A stretch of 64,000 nt of DNA, taken from Bacteroidales bacterium. Its GTDB lineage: Bacteria > Bacteroidota > Bacteroidia > Bacteroidales > WCHB1-69. The notes below the pieces were generated by a model that saw only the letters and a program-made list of their open reading frames with translations, had not been told where the DNA came from and searched no databases. This document shows, one piece after another, positions 37,897 to 48,474 of the stretch (positions are counted from its first letter, which is position 1; every line of letters starts with the position of its first letter). Made by a program: the position numbers and the translations under genes. The stretch covers positions 249,528 to 313,527 of the forward strand of contig JAVBLM010000019.1 of NCBI GenBank assembly GCA_031553535.1, in the 5' to 3' direction.

Positions 37897-38931
37897 ATGC
37901 AAGATATTCGGAATTTGAATATGGAGGAACTTTCCATTTTTCTAAAAAGCAATCAGGAGCCTCCTTTCAGAGCAAAACAAATTTCAGAGTGGTTATGGAA
38001 AAAAAATGTCGCCAGTTTTCAGGATATGAAAAATATTCCTGTTTCTTTACAGAAAAAGCTTTCGGAAAACTTTTCTCTTATCAAACTAAAGGTTGTTAAA
38101 GAACAAAAAAGCACAGACAATACCATAAAGTTTAAACTCAAACTGTATGATGGCAATCATATAGAAATTGTTCTTATTCCATCAGGAAAACGTGTCACAG
38201 TTTGCATTTCTTCACAAGTAGGATGTGCTTTGAAATGCAAATTTTGTGCAACCGGAACTATGGGATTTATACGGAATTTATTTGCATATGAAATATATGA
38301 ACAAGTTATGCTTGCCAACGAGTTAGCCCAACAAAGGTATAACAATAAAATCTCGAATATTGTAATGATGGGTATGGGAGAGCCTTTATTAAATTTAGGT
38401 AATGTATGCGATGCCTTTTCCCGGATTAGTGACGACAATGGTATGGGCATGTCTCCCAGTCGAATTACATTATCTACGGCAGGAATCAAAGAGAAAATCA
38501 AAGATTTGGCAGACAAAAATATAGGAATACACCTTGCTATATCGTTGCATTGTGCAAACGAAACAAAACGCAAGCAGTTGATGCCCATCACAGAGAGCAA
38601 CTCGTTATCAGACATCTCAAAGGCACTCATTTACTATTATAGTAAAACAAAACAACGAATAACTATCGAATATTTACTGTTAGGCGGTATTAACGATAGC
38701 ATAAATGACGCCCAAGAATTGGCTATTTTCTGTAGAAACTTTCCTGTCAAAATCAATATTATTGAATATAACCAAAATCCAAATATGCCATTTAAACGTG
38801 CCTCCAACGAACGTATGGAGGAATTTGTTGCATTTTTAATGTCTAAAAATATGCTTGTTCAAGTTAGAAACAGCCGTGGAAAAGATATTGATGCCGCATG
38901 TGGACAATTGGTAACTAAAGACAAAAAATAA
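37897..38931 (+). CDS. rlmN: 23S rRNA (adenine2503-C2)-methyltransferase, radical SAM
   Basis: CISSQVGCALKCKFCATG radical-SAM cluster motif and a C-terminal DIDAACGQL. Confidence 0.9.
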   Translation: MQDIRNLNMEELSIFLKSNQEPPFRAKQISEWLWKKNVASFQDMKNIPVSLQKKLSENFSLIKLKVVKEQKSTDNTIKFKLKLYDGNHIEIVLIPSGKRVTVCISSQVGCALKCKFCATGTMGFIRNLFAYEIYEQVMLANELAQQRYNNKISNIVMMGMGEPLLNLGNVCDAFSRISDDNGMGMSPSRITLSTAGIKEKIKDLADKNIGIHLAISLHCANETKRKQLMPITESNSLSDISKALIYYYSKTKQRITIEYLLLGGINDSINDAQELAIFCRNFPVKINIIEYNQNPNMPFKRASNERMEEFVAFLMSKNMLVQVRNSRGKDIDAACGQLVTKDKK

Positions 38932-40160
38932 TGAAATACATTATAACAACAATATTCATCTCTATAATTTCCTTACAAACAGTTACATCTCAACAATTAT
39001 CCCAAATGTATGATGCCGCATTAGAAAAAATGGATGGTGCCGATTACACAGGAGCAATCGAAGGGTTTACTAAAATTCTCAATCAAAGCCAATATTATTT
39101 CGATGCACATTTATCCAGGGGTATATGCTACGAAAAGCTAAAAAAGATGGATCTGGCTCTCGCTGATTATAATAGTGCCGTAACTAAAAATCCAAAATTC
39201 CATGAGGCATATTATCAACGAGCGCTATTTTATACTAATGTAAAAAAAGATGATAAAATGGCAATTGCCGATTTAAGTAAGGCAATTGAAATTAAAGCAA
39301 CCTTTTTCCCTGCTTATATAGAGCGGGCAAACTTATATTTCAAGGATAAAAAATATACGCTGGCACAAGCGGATTATTCAAAAGCAATAGAGATACAACC
39401 TTCATCTTGGGAAACATTTTATGAACGTGCTTATTCCTATCTGTTAGATGATAAGAACGACGAAGGACTTAAGGACCTTTCCACAACAATCCGATTGAAA
39501 CCCGATTTTGCTGAAGCCTACTATGAACGGGCAAAGGTATATGAAGAACGTGCAGAATATGCCAATGCCATTGAGGGTTACAGCAAAGCGATCAGCATGG
39601 ATATTCAACATGATGAAATATATACTCACCGGGCAAATCTCTACTATAAAACAAAACAATATAAACAAGCTATTGAAGATTATAACAAACTTATTTCATT
39701 GTATAAAAAAAGATTACCTGAATTTTATTCTAAAAGAGGTGTTTGCTATACTTCAACTGGGGATTCCATTACTGCGCAAAAAGATTTCACACGAGCCATC
39801 AGTTTAGATAAAGATAATTATATCATTTATGTGTATCGTGCAGAAAACTTCGTAAAACGTAAGCGAATGCAAAATGCACTTAATGATTACAATAAAGCTA
39901 TCCAGCTAAGCCCGAAAGCATGGGATATTTATTATTCACGGGCAATGGTTTACATGGAACAGGAAAAATATCAGCAAGCTTTGGAGGATTTTTCCTTGGC
40001 AATAAAATATAATAAAGAGAAATTTGCAGAAGGTTATTTCATGAGAGGTGCCTGTAAAGATGCCCTAAGAGACATCGAAGGAGCATGTGCCGACCTCAAA
40101 AAAGCGGCATCTCTGCACCACCAAGAAGCAATACGACGAGTAGAGAGATATTGCAGATAA
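38931..40160 (+). CDS. tetratricopeptide repeat protein, secreted
   Basis: Signal peptide and about 10 TPR units (AxxxYxxAIxxxP periodicity). Its ATG overlaps the rlmN stop by 1 nt. Confidence 0.8.
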   Translation: MKYIITTIFISIISLQTVTSQQLSQMYDAALEKMDGADYTGAIEGFTKILNQSQYYFDAHLSRGICYEKLKKMDLALADYNSAVTKNPKFHEAYYQRALFYTNVKKDDKMAIADLSKAIEIKATFFPAYIERANLYFKDKKYTLAQADYSKAIEIQPSSWETFYERAYSYLLDDKNDEGLKDLSTTIRLKPDFAEAYYERAKVYEERAEYANAIEGYSKAISMDIQHDEIYTHRANLYYKTKQYKQAIEDYNKLISLYKKRLPEFYSKRGVCYTSTGDSITAQKDFTRAISLDKDNYIIYVYRAENFVKRKRMQNALNDYNKAIQLSPKAWDIYYSRAMVYMEQEKYQQALEDFSLAIKYNKEKFAEGYFMRGACKDALRDIEGACADLKKAASLHHQEAIRRVERYCR

Positions 40161-40296
40161 TCTAATGGAAATAATATTTTATTGAAAATCAATCAAATAC
40201 ACCATCTTAAAGAGAGGGAATAAAATCCTGACGAAAGAAAAAATACGATTTTTGTACTTTTTTTAATCTATATCCATTAAAAATTAAAAAAAAATG

Positions 40297-40304
40297 TACT
40301 TTTG
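40297..40304 (+). promoter_or_regulatory. putative -7 promoter box (TAnnTTTG)
   Basis: TACTTTTG, 129 nt upstream of the ATG at 40433. Confidence 0.4.
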
Positions 40305-40432
40305 CATGAAATTTGATTCTTCAAAGAACTATTGACATTATTTGATAAATTTTTGAAATGAAAATACATTTTAATGTCTTTATTTTTTGAGATCAGCAAT
40401 TTTCATAGTTATTCATTAATAAACAAAAAAGC

Positions 40433-40609
40433 ATGGAAAAGTTAATTGGTAAATTAAAAACAGATGTAGACACATTCTTAACAGAAGCACAAAGCCAAGT
40501 TGAAAAAGGAAACAAAGCAGCAGGAATGCGTGCTCGCAAAATTTCTTTAGAACTAGAAAAAGCGTTAAAAGAGTTTCGTAAACAATCATTAGAAGCCTCT
40601 AAGAAATAA
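40433..40609 (+). CDS. histone H1/HC1-like small basic DNA-binding protein (58 aa)
   Basis: Below the ORF-track size cutoff. MEKLIGKLKTDVDTFLTEAQSQVEKGNKAAGMRARKISLELEKALKEFRKQSLEASKK matches the Bacteroidota H1-like pattern (EKGNKAAG.R.RK..LELEK). It has its own promoter box and terminator. Confidence 0.75.
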   Translation: MEKLIGKLKTDVDTFLTEAQSQVEKGNKAAGMRARKISLELEKALKEFRKQSLEASKK

Positions 40610-40632
40610 TTTTACTTCTTTTAAAGCAAATT

Positions 40633-40672
40633 AAAATCCATGCTTCATTTTGAATGAATGCATGGATTTTTT
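40633..40672 (+). terminator. rho-independent terminator
   Basis: AAAATCCATGC-...-GCATGGATTTT followed by a T-run. Confidence 0.7.
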
Positions 40673-40712
40673 AGCTCAAAACATACAGATTCTCATTATA
40701 AAATAAACAAGC

Positions 40713-41483
40713 ATGATATTTTATTTTTCAGGTACAGGTAATTCTCTTTGGGTAGCAAAGGAATTGGCAGCAACTTATAACGACAAATTAATTTCAATAT
40801 CAGAAGAATTGATGATTCCTAATAATAACTTCACCTATAATATTTCATCTGATGAGAAAATTTTCTTTGTATTTCCTGTTCATTCATGGGGACCGGCCAT
40901 TCTAGTATTCCGTTTTTTAAAGAAAATAAATCTTATTAATTATCAAAAACAATCTGTATTTTTGATTTGTACATGTGGTGATAATTGCGGATACACAACA
41001 AAAATAGTTGAACGCATACTTGATAAAAAATCCATCTTACTTACAAAAGGATATTCTATCCAAATGCCTAATAACTACGTATTAATGAAAGGATTTTCCA
41101 CAGATACAAAAGAAATAGAAACTCAAAAATTAAATAACGCCCCGAATTCATTCAAAAAAATCATCGAAGATATACAGGATAACAAAAAAACAGATCTATA
41201 TACAACCGGCACACATCCTTTTCTGAAAAGCTTCCTGGTTTATCCCCTTTTCCGAAAATTTGCAATAAAGAGAAATTCTTTCTATGCAAAGAATATATGC
41301 ACAGCATGTGGAACATGCATAGATATATGTCCTACTAAAACCATTTTCTGGAAAGATAATAAACTAAAATGGAACAACACATGTATACAATGTACTGCAT
41401 GCATCAATCGCTGTCCTGTGGAAGCAATTGAATATGGGAAAGTTTCTCAAGGGAAAGGCAGATATTACCATCCGGATTTATAA
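40713..41483 (+). CDS. EFR1-family flavodoxin-like / 2x[4Fe-4S] ferredoxin-domain protein
   Basis: MIFYFSGTGNSLWVAKELA N-terminus and C-terminal CTACGTCIDICP...CIQCTACINRCP. Confidence 0.75.
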   Translation: MIFYFSGTGNSLWVAKELAATYNDKLISISEELMIPNNNFTYNISSDEKIFFVFPVHSWGPAILVFRFLKKINLINYQKQSVFLICTCGDNCGYTTKIVERILDKKSILLTKGYSIQMPNNYVLMKGFSTDTKEIETQKLNNAPNSFKKIIEDIQDNKKTDLYTTGTHPFLKSFLVYPLFRKFAIKRNSFYAKNICTACGTCIDICPTKTIFWKDNKLKWNNTCIQCTACINRCPVEAIEYGKVSQGKGRYYHPDL

Positions 41484-41485
41484 AA

Positions 41486-41522
41486 AAACGTCATACAAAT
41501 TTTCAAATTCATATGACGTTTT
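41486..41522. terminator. bidirectional terminator between convergent genes
   Basis: AAAACGTCATA-...-TATGACGTTTT, with an A-run before and a T-run after. Confidence 0.7.
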
Positions 41523-41543
41523 AATATTATAGCAAATATGCTA

Positions 41544-42113
41544 TTAATCTTCTTTTGCTACTTCTTCCACGTTACGTGAAGACAATATCGTAACAATAAC
41601 TTTCGAAGGATTTTCAATAATAGAAATACTATCTAACTTAATATCTTCTATCTTAACTGAATCCAATATATCTAATCCGCTAATATCAACTGTAATATTT
41701 TCAGGAATATTTTCTAATAAGCCTTTTACCTTCAATTTACGTACACGTTTTGACAATCTTCCCCCACGGATTACTCCGGGAGAATTTCCGGTAATACGTA
41801 AAGGTATATCAATCGTAATTGGTTTACCTTGCACTACCTCCAGAAAATCCACGTGTAATAAGTTTTCTGTTACGGGATGAAATTGTGCTTCCTGAATGAT
41901 TGCTTTATGGTTTTGACCGTCTATATCCAACTCTACATAATGGACTTCCGGCGTATATATTAAATGATTGAAGGATTTTTCTTCTATCAATAATGGAAGT
42001 TGTTTTTCTCCTCCATATAACACACATGGTATAAAACCATTATTACGTTGCTCTTTTGCATCTTTTTTCCCTACGTTCTTTCTTAAAGAACCGCTCATAG
42101 ATACTGATTTCAT
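41544..42113 (-). CDS. rplY: 50S ribosomal protein L25/general stress protein Ctc
   Basis: RKNVGKKDAKEQRNNGFIPCVLYGG.. is a typical L25/Ctc N-terminus, 189 aa. Confidence 0.9.
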   Translation of the reverse strand: MKSVSMSGSLRKNVGKKDAKEQRNNGFIPCVLYGGEKQLPLLIEEKSFNHLIYTPEVHYVELDIDGQNHKAIIQEAQFHPVTENLLHVDFLEVVQGKPITIDIPLRITGNSPGVIRGGRLSKRVRKLKVKGLLENIPENITVDISGLDILDSVKIEDIKLDSISIIENPSKVIVTILSSRNVEEVAKED

Positions 42114-42158
42114 TGTCTATTTATTTTAATGATTAAAAAATGATTTATAAAAATATGT

Positions 42159-42166
42159 GCAAAAGT
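42159..42166 (-). promoter_or_regulatory. putative -7 promoter box (TAnnTTTG)
   Basis: The minus strand reads TACTTTTG, 46 nt upstream of the ATG at 42113. Confidence 0.45.
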
Positions 42167-42350
42167 ACAATTTTTTCCGATATATATTGAACAAGTTTAT
42201 ATTTATTTGATCAAACATATTAATAAACAAAATCTTATAAACTATCATTCAAAAGATAAGACTAAAAAAGAATAATCCGAGTATTATTTATGAACGGAAA
42301 ATAGTCTATAGATTTTCGATATTTAAGTCCTTCCGTCTTGAAAAATCAGT

Positions 42351-42358
42351 TATTTTTG
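42351..42358 (+). promoter_or_regulatory. putative -7 promoter box (TAnnTTTG)
   Basis: TATTTTTG, 36 nt upstream of the ATG at 42394. Confidence 0.45.
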
Positions 42359-42393
42359 CGGTAAAATTATAATCCTAACCAATAAATCATAAT

Positions 42394-43431
42394 ATGACAT
42401 TTACAGTTAAAGAAATCGCCGATGTTATCGGAGGAACCGTAGAAGGAAACCCCAATGCTGTCATTACCAAATTTTCAAAAATCGAAGAAGGAGAAGAAGG
42501 TGGTTTATCTTTTCTGGCAAATACAAAATATACACCATATATCTATACAACACAGGCTACTGCTGTATTGGTCAGCAATGATTTTGTTCCGACCCGCTCT
42601 GTTAATACTACACTTATCCGGACGGAAGAACCTTATGTAGCGTTCGCCAAGTTGATGGCATTTTACCATCAAAAGAAAAGCAAGGTAGGGATTTCAAAGC
42701 ATGCGGCTATTGCCGAAGGTGTGGTAATGGGAAAAGACGTATATATCGGAGATTTTGTTTCCATTGCAGAAGGAGTAATATTAGGAAACGGGGTAAAAAT
42801 ATATCCTCATTGTTATATTGGGGAAGGAGTAACGATTGGAAACAACACCATATTGAATCCCGGGGTAAAGATTCATCAGGGATGCATCATCGGAAATAAT
42901 TGCACATTCCATGCGGGAGCTATTATTGGTGCCGATGGATTCGGTTTCGCTCCTCAAAAAGATAACCAGTATGTAAAAATACCTCAGCTTGGAAACGTCG
43001 TTATTGAAGACAATGTAGATATCGGAGCTCAAACTTGCGTAGATCGTTCAACCTTAGGTTCTACTATCATACGTAAAGGTGTAAAACTATGCAATTTCAT
43101 CCAGATAGCCCACAACTGTGAAATCGGGGAAAATACAGTCATGGCTGCACAATGCGGGGTATCGGGTTCTACAAAAATCGGGAAAAATTGCGTGTTCGGG
43201 GGGCAAGTTGGTGTGAACTGGCACCTTACAATAGGAGACAACGTACAGGTAGGAGCTCAAAGTGCCATTAGTAATAATGTAAAAGAGAATGCTGTTCTGC
43301 TGGGAACACCTGCCTTTAATGCATCCGATTGTATCAAATCATATGCTATCTTCAAGTTTTTACCCAATTACGTAACACGCATCGAAGAATTGGAAAAATC
43401 CGTAAAGCAGTTGGACAAATCAAAGAAATAA
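42394..43431 (+). CDS. lpxD: UDP-3-O-acylglucosamine N-acyltransferase
   Basis: The N-terminus [12 protein letters not shown], hexapeptide repeats throughout, and the length of 345 aa. Confidence 0.9.
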   Translation: MTFTVKEIADVIGGTVEGNPNAVITKFSKIEEGEEGGLSFLANTKYTPYIYTTQATAVLVSNDFVPTRSVNTTLIRTEEPYVAFAKLMAFYHQKKSKVGISKHAAIAEGVVMGKDVYIGDFVSIAEGVILGNGVKIYPHCYIGEGVTIGNNTILNPGVKIHQGCIIGNNCTFHAGAIIGADGFGFAPQKDNQYVKIPQLGNVVIEDNVDIGAQTCVDRSTLGSTIIRKGVKLCNFIQIAHNCEIGENTVMAAQCGVSGSTKIGKNCVFGGQVGVNWHLTIGDNVQVGAQSAISNNVKENAVLLGTPAFNASDCIKSYAIFKFLPNYVTRIEELEKSVKQLDKSKK

Positions 43432-43447
43432 AGTTTCTGTAACAAGA

Positions 43448-43774
43448 ATGGAAAATATATTTGATCTGAAGGACATTAATTTTTCAATAAATGAAGAAGT
43501 TAGTGAAGTATTAGCATCATCAAAAAATATCCGGATAGAAAGAATTGTTTCTTTTGGGCAAACAACAGACAAAGATTACTGGTACGACCAACCTCAACAT
43601 GAATTTGTAATCGTATTACAAGGCGAAGCCCGGATATTATTTGATAACAATAAGGAAGAGCATCTTACCAAAGGAGATTATTTGAATATTCCCTCCCATG
43701 TGCGTCATCGCGTAAGTTATACTTCTACCGATCCCGCTTGCATTTGGCTTGCCGTATTCTTCGACAAAAATTAA
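43448..43774 (+). CDS. cupin domain-containing protein
   Basis: 108 aa. HEFVIVLQGEARI...GDYLNIPSHVRHRV is a cupin motif pair. Confidence 0.7.
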   Translation: MENIFDLKDINFSINEEVSEVLASSKNIRIERIVSFGQTTDKDYWYDQPQHEFVIVLQGEARILFDNNKEEHLTKGDYLNIPSHVRHRVSYTSTDPACIWLAVFFDKN

Positions 43775-43779
43775 TTAAA

Positions 43780-44970
43780 ATGAATTTTAGACAATTATTC
43801 TATGAGCATGTTGCTCAGACATCATCCGAACCTCTCGCAATCGAAATAGAAAAGGCAGAGGGAATCAATCTATATTCTCCCGACGGAAAATCGTATATGG
43901 ATCTTATTTCAGGCATCTCTGTTAGCAATGTCGGCCATTGTCATCCGGAAGTGGTAAAGGCGATACAGGATCAGGCCGGAAAATACATGCATTTGTTAGT
44001 ATATGGAGAAATGATACAAAGCCCACAGGTTTTACTCGCACAACGTCTGGCAAGTGTTCTCCCGCCATCTTTGAGCTGCACTTATTTTGTCAACTCAGGA
44101 GCCGAAGCAATAGAAGGAGCGATAAAATTGGCAAAACGTTTTACAGGTCGAACGGAACTTATTTCCTGTTTCAATGCCTATCACGGTAGTACCAATGGAG
44201 CGATGAGCATTATGGGAAATGATAATTTCACACGGGCTTTCCGGCCGTTGATCCCTGATTGTAACCGCATCCGGTTCGGACAGGCTGAAGACCTTGCACA
44301 AATAACCAATTCTACCGCAGCTTTCATCGTAGAGGTTGTCCAAGGAGAAGCCGGGATTCGATTTGCGGATAAAACTTACTGGGAAAAAGTACGGGAACGT
44401 TGTGATCAAACAGGGACATTACTTGTTTTCGATGAAATACAAACAGGATTCGGCCGGACCGGATCATTATTTGCATTTGAACAAACGGGAATAACTCCCG
44501 ACATCTTAACCCTTGCCAAAGGAATGGGAGGCGGAATGCCGATAGGTGCATTCATTTCGTCAAAAAAGATTATGCATTCGTTAACTTACAATCCCACCTT
44601 GGGACATATGACTACCTTTGGCGGGCATCCTGTCTGTTGTGCCGCCGCACTTGCATCCCTTGACATTATCGAAAGAGAAAAGTTATATAAAACCGTTGAT
44701 AAAAAAGCAACCCTATTTAAATCCTTACTGAAAAAATTACCTTTGGTAAAAGAAATCAGGCAACAAGGTTTAATGATGGCTATAGAATTCGGCAACCGGG
44801 AACTTAATTTTAAAATCATTCACCAGTGTCTGGAAAAAGGAATTCTTACGGATTGGTTTCTGTTTTGTGATACTGCGATGCGGATTGCTCCCCCGTTAAT
44901 TATATCTGAAGAGGAAATCGAAAAAGCATGCAACAGCATCTCTGATATAATAATGAGCATGTATGAATGA
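43780..44970 (+). CDS. class-III aminotransferase (acetylornithine/ornithine aminotransferase-like)
   Basis: NSGAEAIEGAIKLAK, LVFDEIQTGFGRTG and TLAKGMGGG (PLP lysine). The ATG at 43780 (MNFRQLF) is preferred over the overlapping track start. Confidence 0.85.
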   Translation: MNFRQLFYEHVAQTSSEPLAIEIEKAEGINLYSPDGKSYMDLISGISVSNVGHCHPEVVKAIQDQAGKYMHLLVYGEMIQSPQVLLAQRLASVLPPSLSCTYFVNSGAEAIEGAIKLAKRFTGRTELISCFNAYHGSTNGAMSIMGNDNFTRAFRPLIPDCNRIRFGQAEDLAQITNSTAAFIVEVVQGEAGIRFADKTYWEKVRERCDQTGTLLVFDEIQTGFGRTGSLFAFEQTGITPDILTLAKGMGGGMPIGAFISSKKIMHSLTYNPTLGHMTTFGGHPVCCAAALASLDIIEREKLYKTVDKKATLFKSLLKKLPLVKEIRQQGLMMAIEFGNRELNFKIIHQCLEKGILTDWFLFCDTAMRIAPPLIISEEEIEKACNSISDIIMSMYE

Positions 44971-45112
44971 ATGGGATAACCTTTGTATCACGGCTTACAA
45001 TTATCTTTGGAAATTCATAAAAAATTATCTTTCTTGTATTCAAAAAAATGATAATTTCGTATCTATTTTTAAGTAACATAATCAAACAATAAATCTAGAA
45101 TAATAAAAAAGC

Positions 45113-46312
45113 ATGAAAGTATTAGTTTTAAATTGTGGAAGTTCTTCCATTAAATATCAACTTATTGATATGAGTAATAATGCCGATGTTATGGCAAAAG
45201 GATTGATAGAGCGTATTGGTCTGGATATGGGAGAATTTACTCATCGTCCGAAAGATAAAGAAAAATATTATACACAGGTTCCTATTTCTAACCATGAAGA
45301 AGGGATTAACCTAATGCTTAAAATGCTTGTTGATAAAGAATATGGAGTATTATCCAACATTAACGAAATAGGTGCTTGCGGACACCGTGTTGCCCATGGG
45401 GGAGAATACTTTTCTCAAAGTACAATCATCGGAGAACAGGAACTGGAATGGATTGAAAAACTGTGTGTAATTGCACCCCTTCACAATCCGGGCAGCCTGA
45501 TGGGATTGCATGTAATGAAACGCTTACTCCCCAATATAAAACAAGTTGGAGTCTTTGATACTTCTTTCCACCAGACAATGCCTCCGAAAGCGTATTTGTA
45601 TGCAATTCCTTACGAATATTATACAAACCAGAAAATTCGTCGTTACGGATTCCATGGAACGAGCCATAAATATGTTGCGCCCAAAGCTGCCACAATGTTA
45701 GGAGAAGACTGGAAGAATAAAAAAATCATTGTATGCCACTTGGGGAACGGAGCTTCCGTATGTGCTGTAGACCATGGAAAATCGGTAGATACCTCTATGG
45801 GATTCACTCCTGTTGAAGGCCTGATTATGGGTACCCGTACCGGCGATTTGGATTTAGGCGTTCTGATATATATTGCCGAAAATGAGAAACTGGATTATAA
45901 GGCAATGAATGATTTTGTAAATAAAAAATCCGGATTACAGGGAATCTCCGGTGGAAAATCAGACATGAGGGATATCCGTGCAGGAAAAGATTCCGGAGAT
46001 GAACGTTGTAAACATGCTTTTGATATGTTTGCATACCGGGTAAAAAAATATATCGGAGCATATGCCGCAGCCATGAATGGTGTTGATATTATTGCCATGA
46101 CAGGTGGAATCGGAGAAAATGCATGGTTTATGCGGGAAGCTATCCTTGAAGGCATGGAGTTCTTCGGCATAGAACTGGATAAAGAAGCCAACGAGAAATT
46201 TGCCGGATCGGACGGATTAATTTCAAAGCCCTCAGGCAAGGTAAAGGTGCTATCCGTTACAACAAATGAAGAACTTGTAATCGCACAAGATACATATAAT
46301 CTGGTGAAATAA
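45113..46312 (+). CDS. ackA: acetate kinase
   Basis: MKVLVLNCGSSSIKYQL, GHRVAHGG and RRYGFHGTSH motifs. Confidence 0.95.
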   Translation: MKVLVLNCGSSSIKYQLIDMSNNADVMAKGLIERIGLDMGEFTHRPKDKEKYYTQVPISNHEEGINLMLKMLVDKEYGVLSNINEIGACGHRVAHGGEYFSQSTIIGEQELEWIEKLCVIAPLHNPGSLMGLHVMKRLLPNIKQVGVFDTSFHQTMPPKAYLYAIPYEYYTNQKIRRYGFHGTSHKYVAPKAATMLGEDWKNKKIIVCHLGNGASVCAVDHGKSVDTSMGFTPVEGLIMGTRTGDLDLGVLIYIAENEKLDYKAMNDFVNKKSGLQGISGGKSDMRDIRAGKDSGDERCKHAFDMFAYRVKKYIGAYAAAMNGVDIIAMTGGIGENAWFMREAILEGMEFFGIELDKEANEKFAGSDGLISKPSGKVKVLSVTTNEELVIAQDTYNLVK

Positions 46313-46331
46313 GAGGAATAAACACATACCA

Positions 46332-46368
46332 GAAAAGGAGCCGGGAAATTGGCTCCTTTTCTATTTTT
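46332..46368 (+). terminator. rho-independent terminator after ackA
   Basis: GAAAAGGAGCC-gggaaatt-GGCTCCTTTTC followed by a T-rich tail. Confidence 0.75.
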
Positions 46369-46590
46369 AGTTCTTCACTTTTGCTGAAGACTCCCCCACC
46401 CTGCTAATGTTCCGGCCGGCATGATGATATTTCGTTTTCTGCATCTTGCATATTATATGTTACTTTTTCTTCGTAATTGGCTATCGCCGAATTCGGTCTG
46501 GCACTGGAAATGCTCCCTGTTGCGAAGCTGGTTAAAGTCAATCCTTTTAATTTTCATGTCATTTTGTTTTATATTACTGTTTTGCAAGAA

Positions 46591-46842
46591 GATGCCGGAC
46601 TTTTTTGAAACTTTCATACAAGAATGCGGAGGATTTTCAGACTTTCCCGAAAGCTTCAAAGCAAATAGTGAGAAGCTTTCAACCTTTGCTGAAAGCTCAA
46701 AAGTAAATAGTGAGAAGCTTTCAACCTTCGCTGAAAGTTCCAAAGTAAATGGTTAGAGACTTTCAACCTTTGCTGAAAGTTCCAAACGAAATGGGAAAAT
46801 GCTTTCAGGCTTTCTTGAAACCTTCAAACGAAAATGTAAAAT
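46591..46842. repeat. tandem array 3: five units in exact 42-bp register plus a degenerate leading unit
   Basis: Unit starts are 46633, 46675, 46717, 46759 and 46801. The unit is GCTTTCAACCTTTGCTGAAAGTTCCAAAGTAAATGGTTAGAG, with dyad GCTTTCA/TGAAAGC. The core aligns with arrays 1 and 2. Confidence 0.9.
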
Positions 46843-47332
46843 GTTTTTAGGAAATACCGGATGAATAAAAATCTTTAAAAAGGTTCTTCCCTGTAAGGAA
46901 TTACCGGAGGTTGCGATTTGTATTACAAGAAATAAAACCCGAAAAAAATGATAAAATAACAAGCATAGGATATAATATAAATAAAATTGATGGGAGAGGA
47001 TTAGCTCCGCTTTTATTTGAATTGCCAAATACAAAGATATTAGTCCGTATAACGTTTGTGACAGATTATTCCGGAATAAATAAGATAACAGATTTTTTAA
47101 AAATGCTTTCCTTGAAATAGAATGCAAAGGGTCATTTAAAATCTATTTACGGAATTATAAATTAATAAACCATTATCAATCGTACTCATTGTTACAAGAT
47201 GAATGTTTTTTAGACGCAATTGCATTGTAAAAGACAAAGAAATAGAAAAGAGTGATAAACGACCTCCGCAGGTGATTGAGAGATTCGTAATTAGACCTTT
47301 GTCATTTTGTTTTATCTCTCAGTGAATAGAAG

Positions 47333-48241
47333 TTATTGATTCCTCAATTCTTTCTTATATTCAATCGGCGAAACTCCCGTATTTTTCTTAAAAAACTTGC
47401 TGAATGAGGCTTGGTCGGAGAAATATAACTTATCGGCAATCTGTTGAATATTAATTTGTTGGTTCCGAAGCATTATTTTGGCTTCCATCAGAATAATATC
47501 ACTGATGACTTTGATAGTTGTTTTTCCCGTAACTTGCTTAACTACTCGTGAAAGATAAATAGGCGAAATATTCAATTTGTCAGCATAGAACGCAACTTCA
47601 TGTTCTTCCAAACCGTATTTGAATAATAAATCAAAAAAACGAACGGCAATTTGCTCGTAGGTATTGGGCTGTTTGGCAATTCCTGTATTATCATTCTGAA
47701 TCAATGAATTCCAAATTTCCAATACGAGATTGCCTAAATCATTTTTTATAATTTTAGCTTGATAAAAATGATCTTTTCGCAAAATGTCTTCCTTTAATTT
47801 TTCGATGTTTTTTATCAACCTGTCAAAGTCTATTCCTTTCCATTCGATGGGGTTAGGTTTTCCTATCTGGGTTATATCCAAAGGTGGTTTTTCGTCATCG
47901 GTAGAAGCTTTAAAAAAGTCATGTTCCGCAATAATATGAAATCCCTGAAAATCTTCCGAAGAAGAAACATTGTTGACAAGATGTTTTTCTATCAAGGTAA
48001 ATAACGTATTTTTCTTAATGATATATGGCTTGTAATCAATGGTAATGTGAAATTCACCGGCAGTAACCAACAGAATCGTAAACGCGTTTAATCGCATCGG
48101 AGCCACCAAATGATTTTCGTCCGTTGTGGACAAATGACCAAGATTTACGACCACGAGTTTGTCCTCATAGTTAATCGCGTCTGCAAATTGTATTTCTTCT
48201 ATAAAATCTGTCAGTTCTTTGAATTGGGGATTTGTTTCCAT
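47333..48241 (-). CDS. AraC family transcriptional regulator
   Basis: C-terminal double HTH (YADKLNISPIYLSRVVKQ... FSDQASFSKFFKKNTGVSP). It is divergent from the RND operon. Confidence 0.85.
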   Translation of the reverse strand: METNPQFKELTDFIEEIQFADAINYEDKLVVVNLGHLSTTDENHLVAPMRLNAFTILLVTAGEFHITIDYKPYIIKKNTLFTLIEKHLVNNVSSSEDFQGFHIIAEHDFFKASTDDEKPPLDITQIGKPNPIEWKGIDFDRLIKNIEKLKEDILRKDHFYQAKIIKNDLGNLVLEIWNSLIQNDNTGIAKQPNTYEQIAVRFFDLLFKYGLEEHEVAFYADKLNISPIYLSRVVKQVTGKTTIKVISDIILMEAKIMLRNQQINIQQIADKLYFSDQASFSKFFKKNTGVSPIEYKKELRNQ

Positions 48242-48263
48242 GATTATTTGATTATTTCACTTG

Positions 48264-48271
48264 CAAAGATA
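48264..48271 (-). promoter_or_regulatory. putative -7 promoter box (TAnnTTTG)
   Basis: The minus strand reads TATCTTTG, 23 nt upstream of the ATG at 48241. Confidence 0.45.
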
Positions 48272-48474
48272 CCAAAAGTAAATTGATGAGTTTTAAAATT
48301 GACAAATAAATTTATCGCTTTCGTTGAAAAAATCACCCTGTTCGTAGATAAAGTAAAAAATGGACAAACATTGGTTAAATTGAAGCATATTGATTTTGGC
48401 ACTTTTGTAGGATTTTTGTATTCGACAATTTATAGTCAAACTAATTTTTCAATGAACACAAAAAGAGAAAAACA

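Noticed and set aside
46753-47127. 124-aa minus-strand ORF and 69-aa plus-strand ORF downstream of array 3
   Set aside because: The sequence is low-complexity and partly encoded by the array, with no start context or motif.
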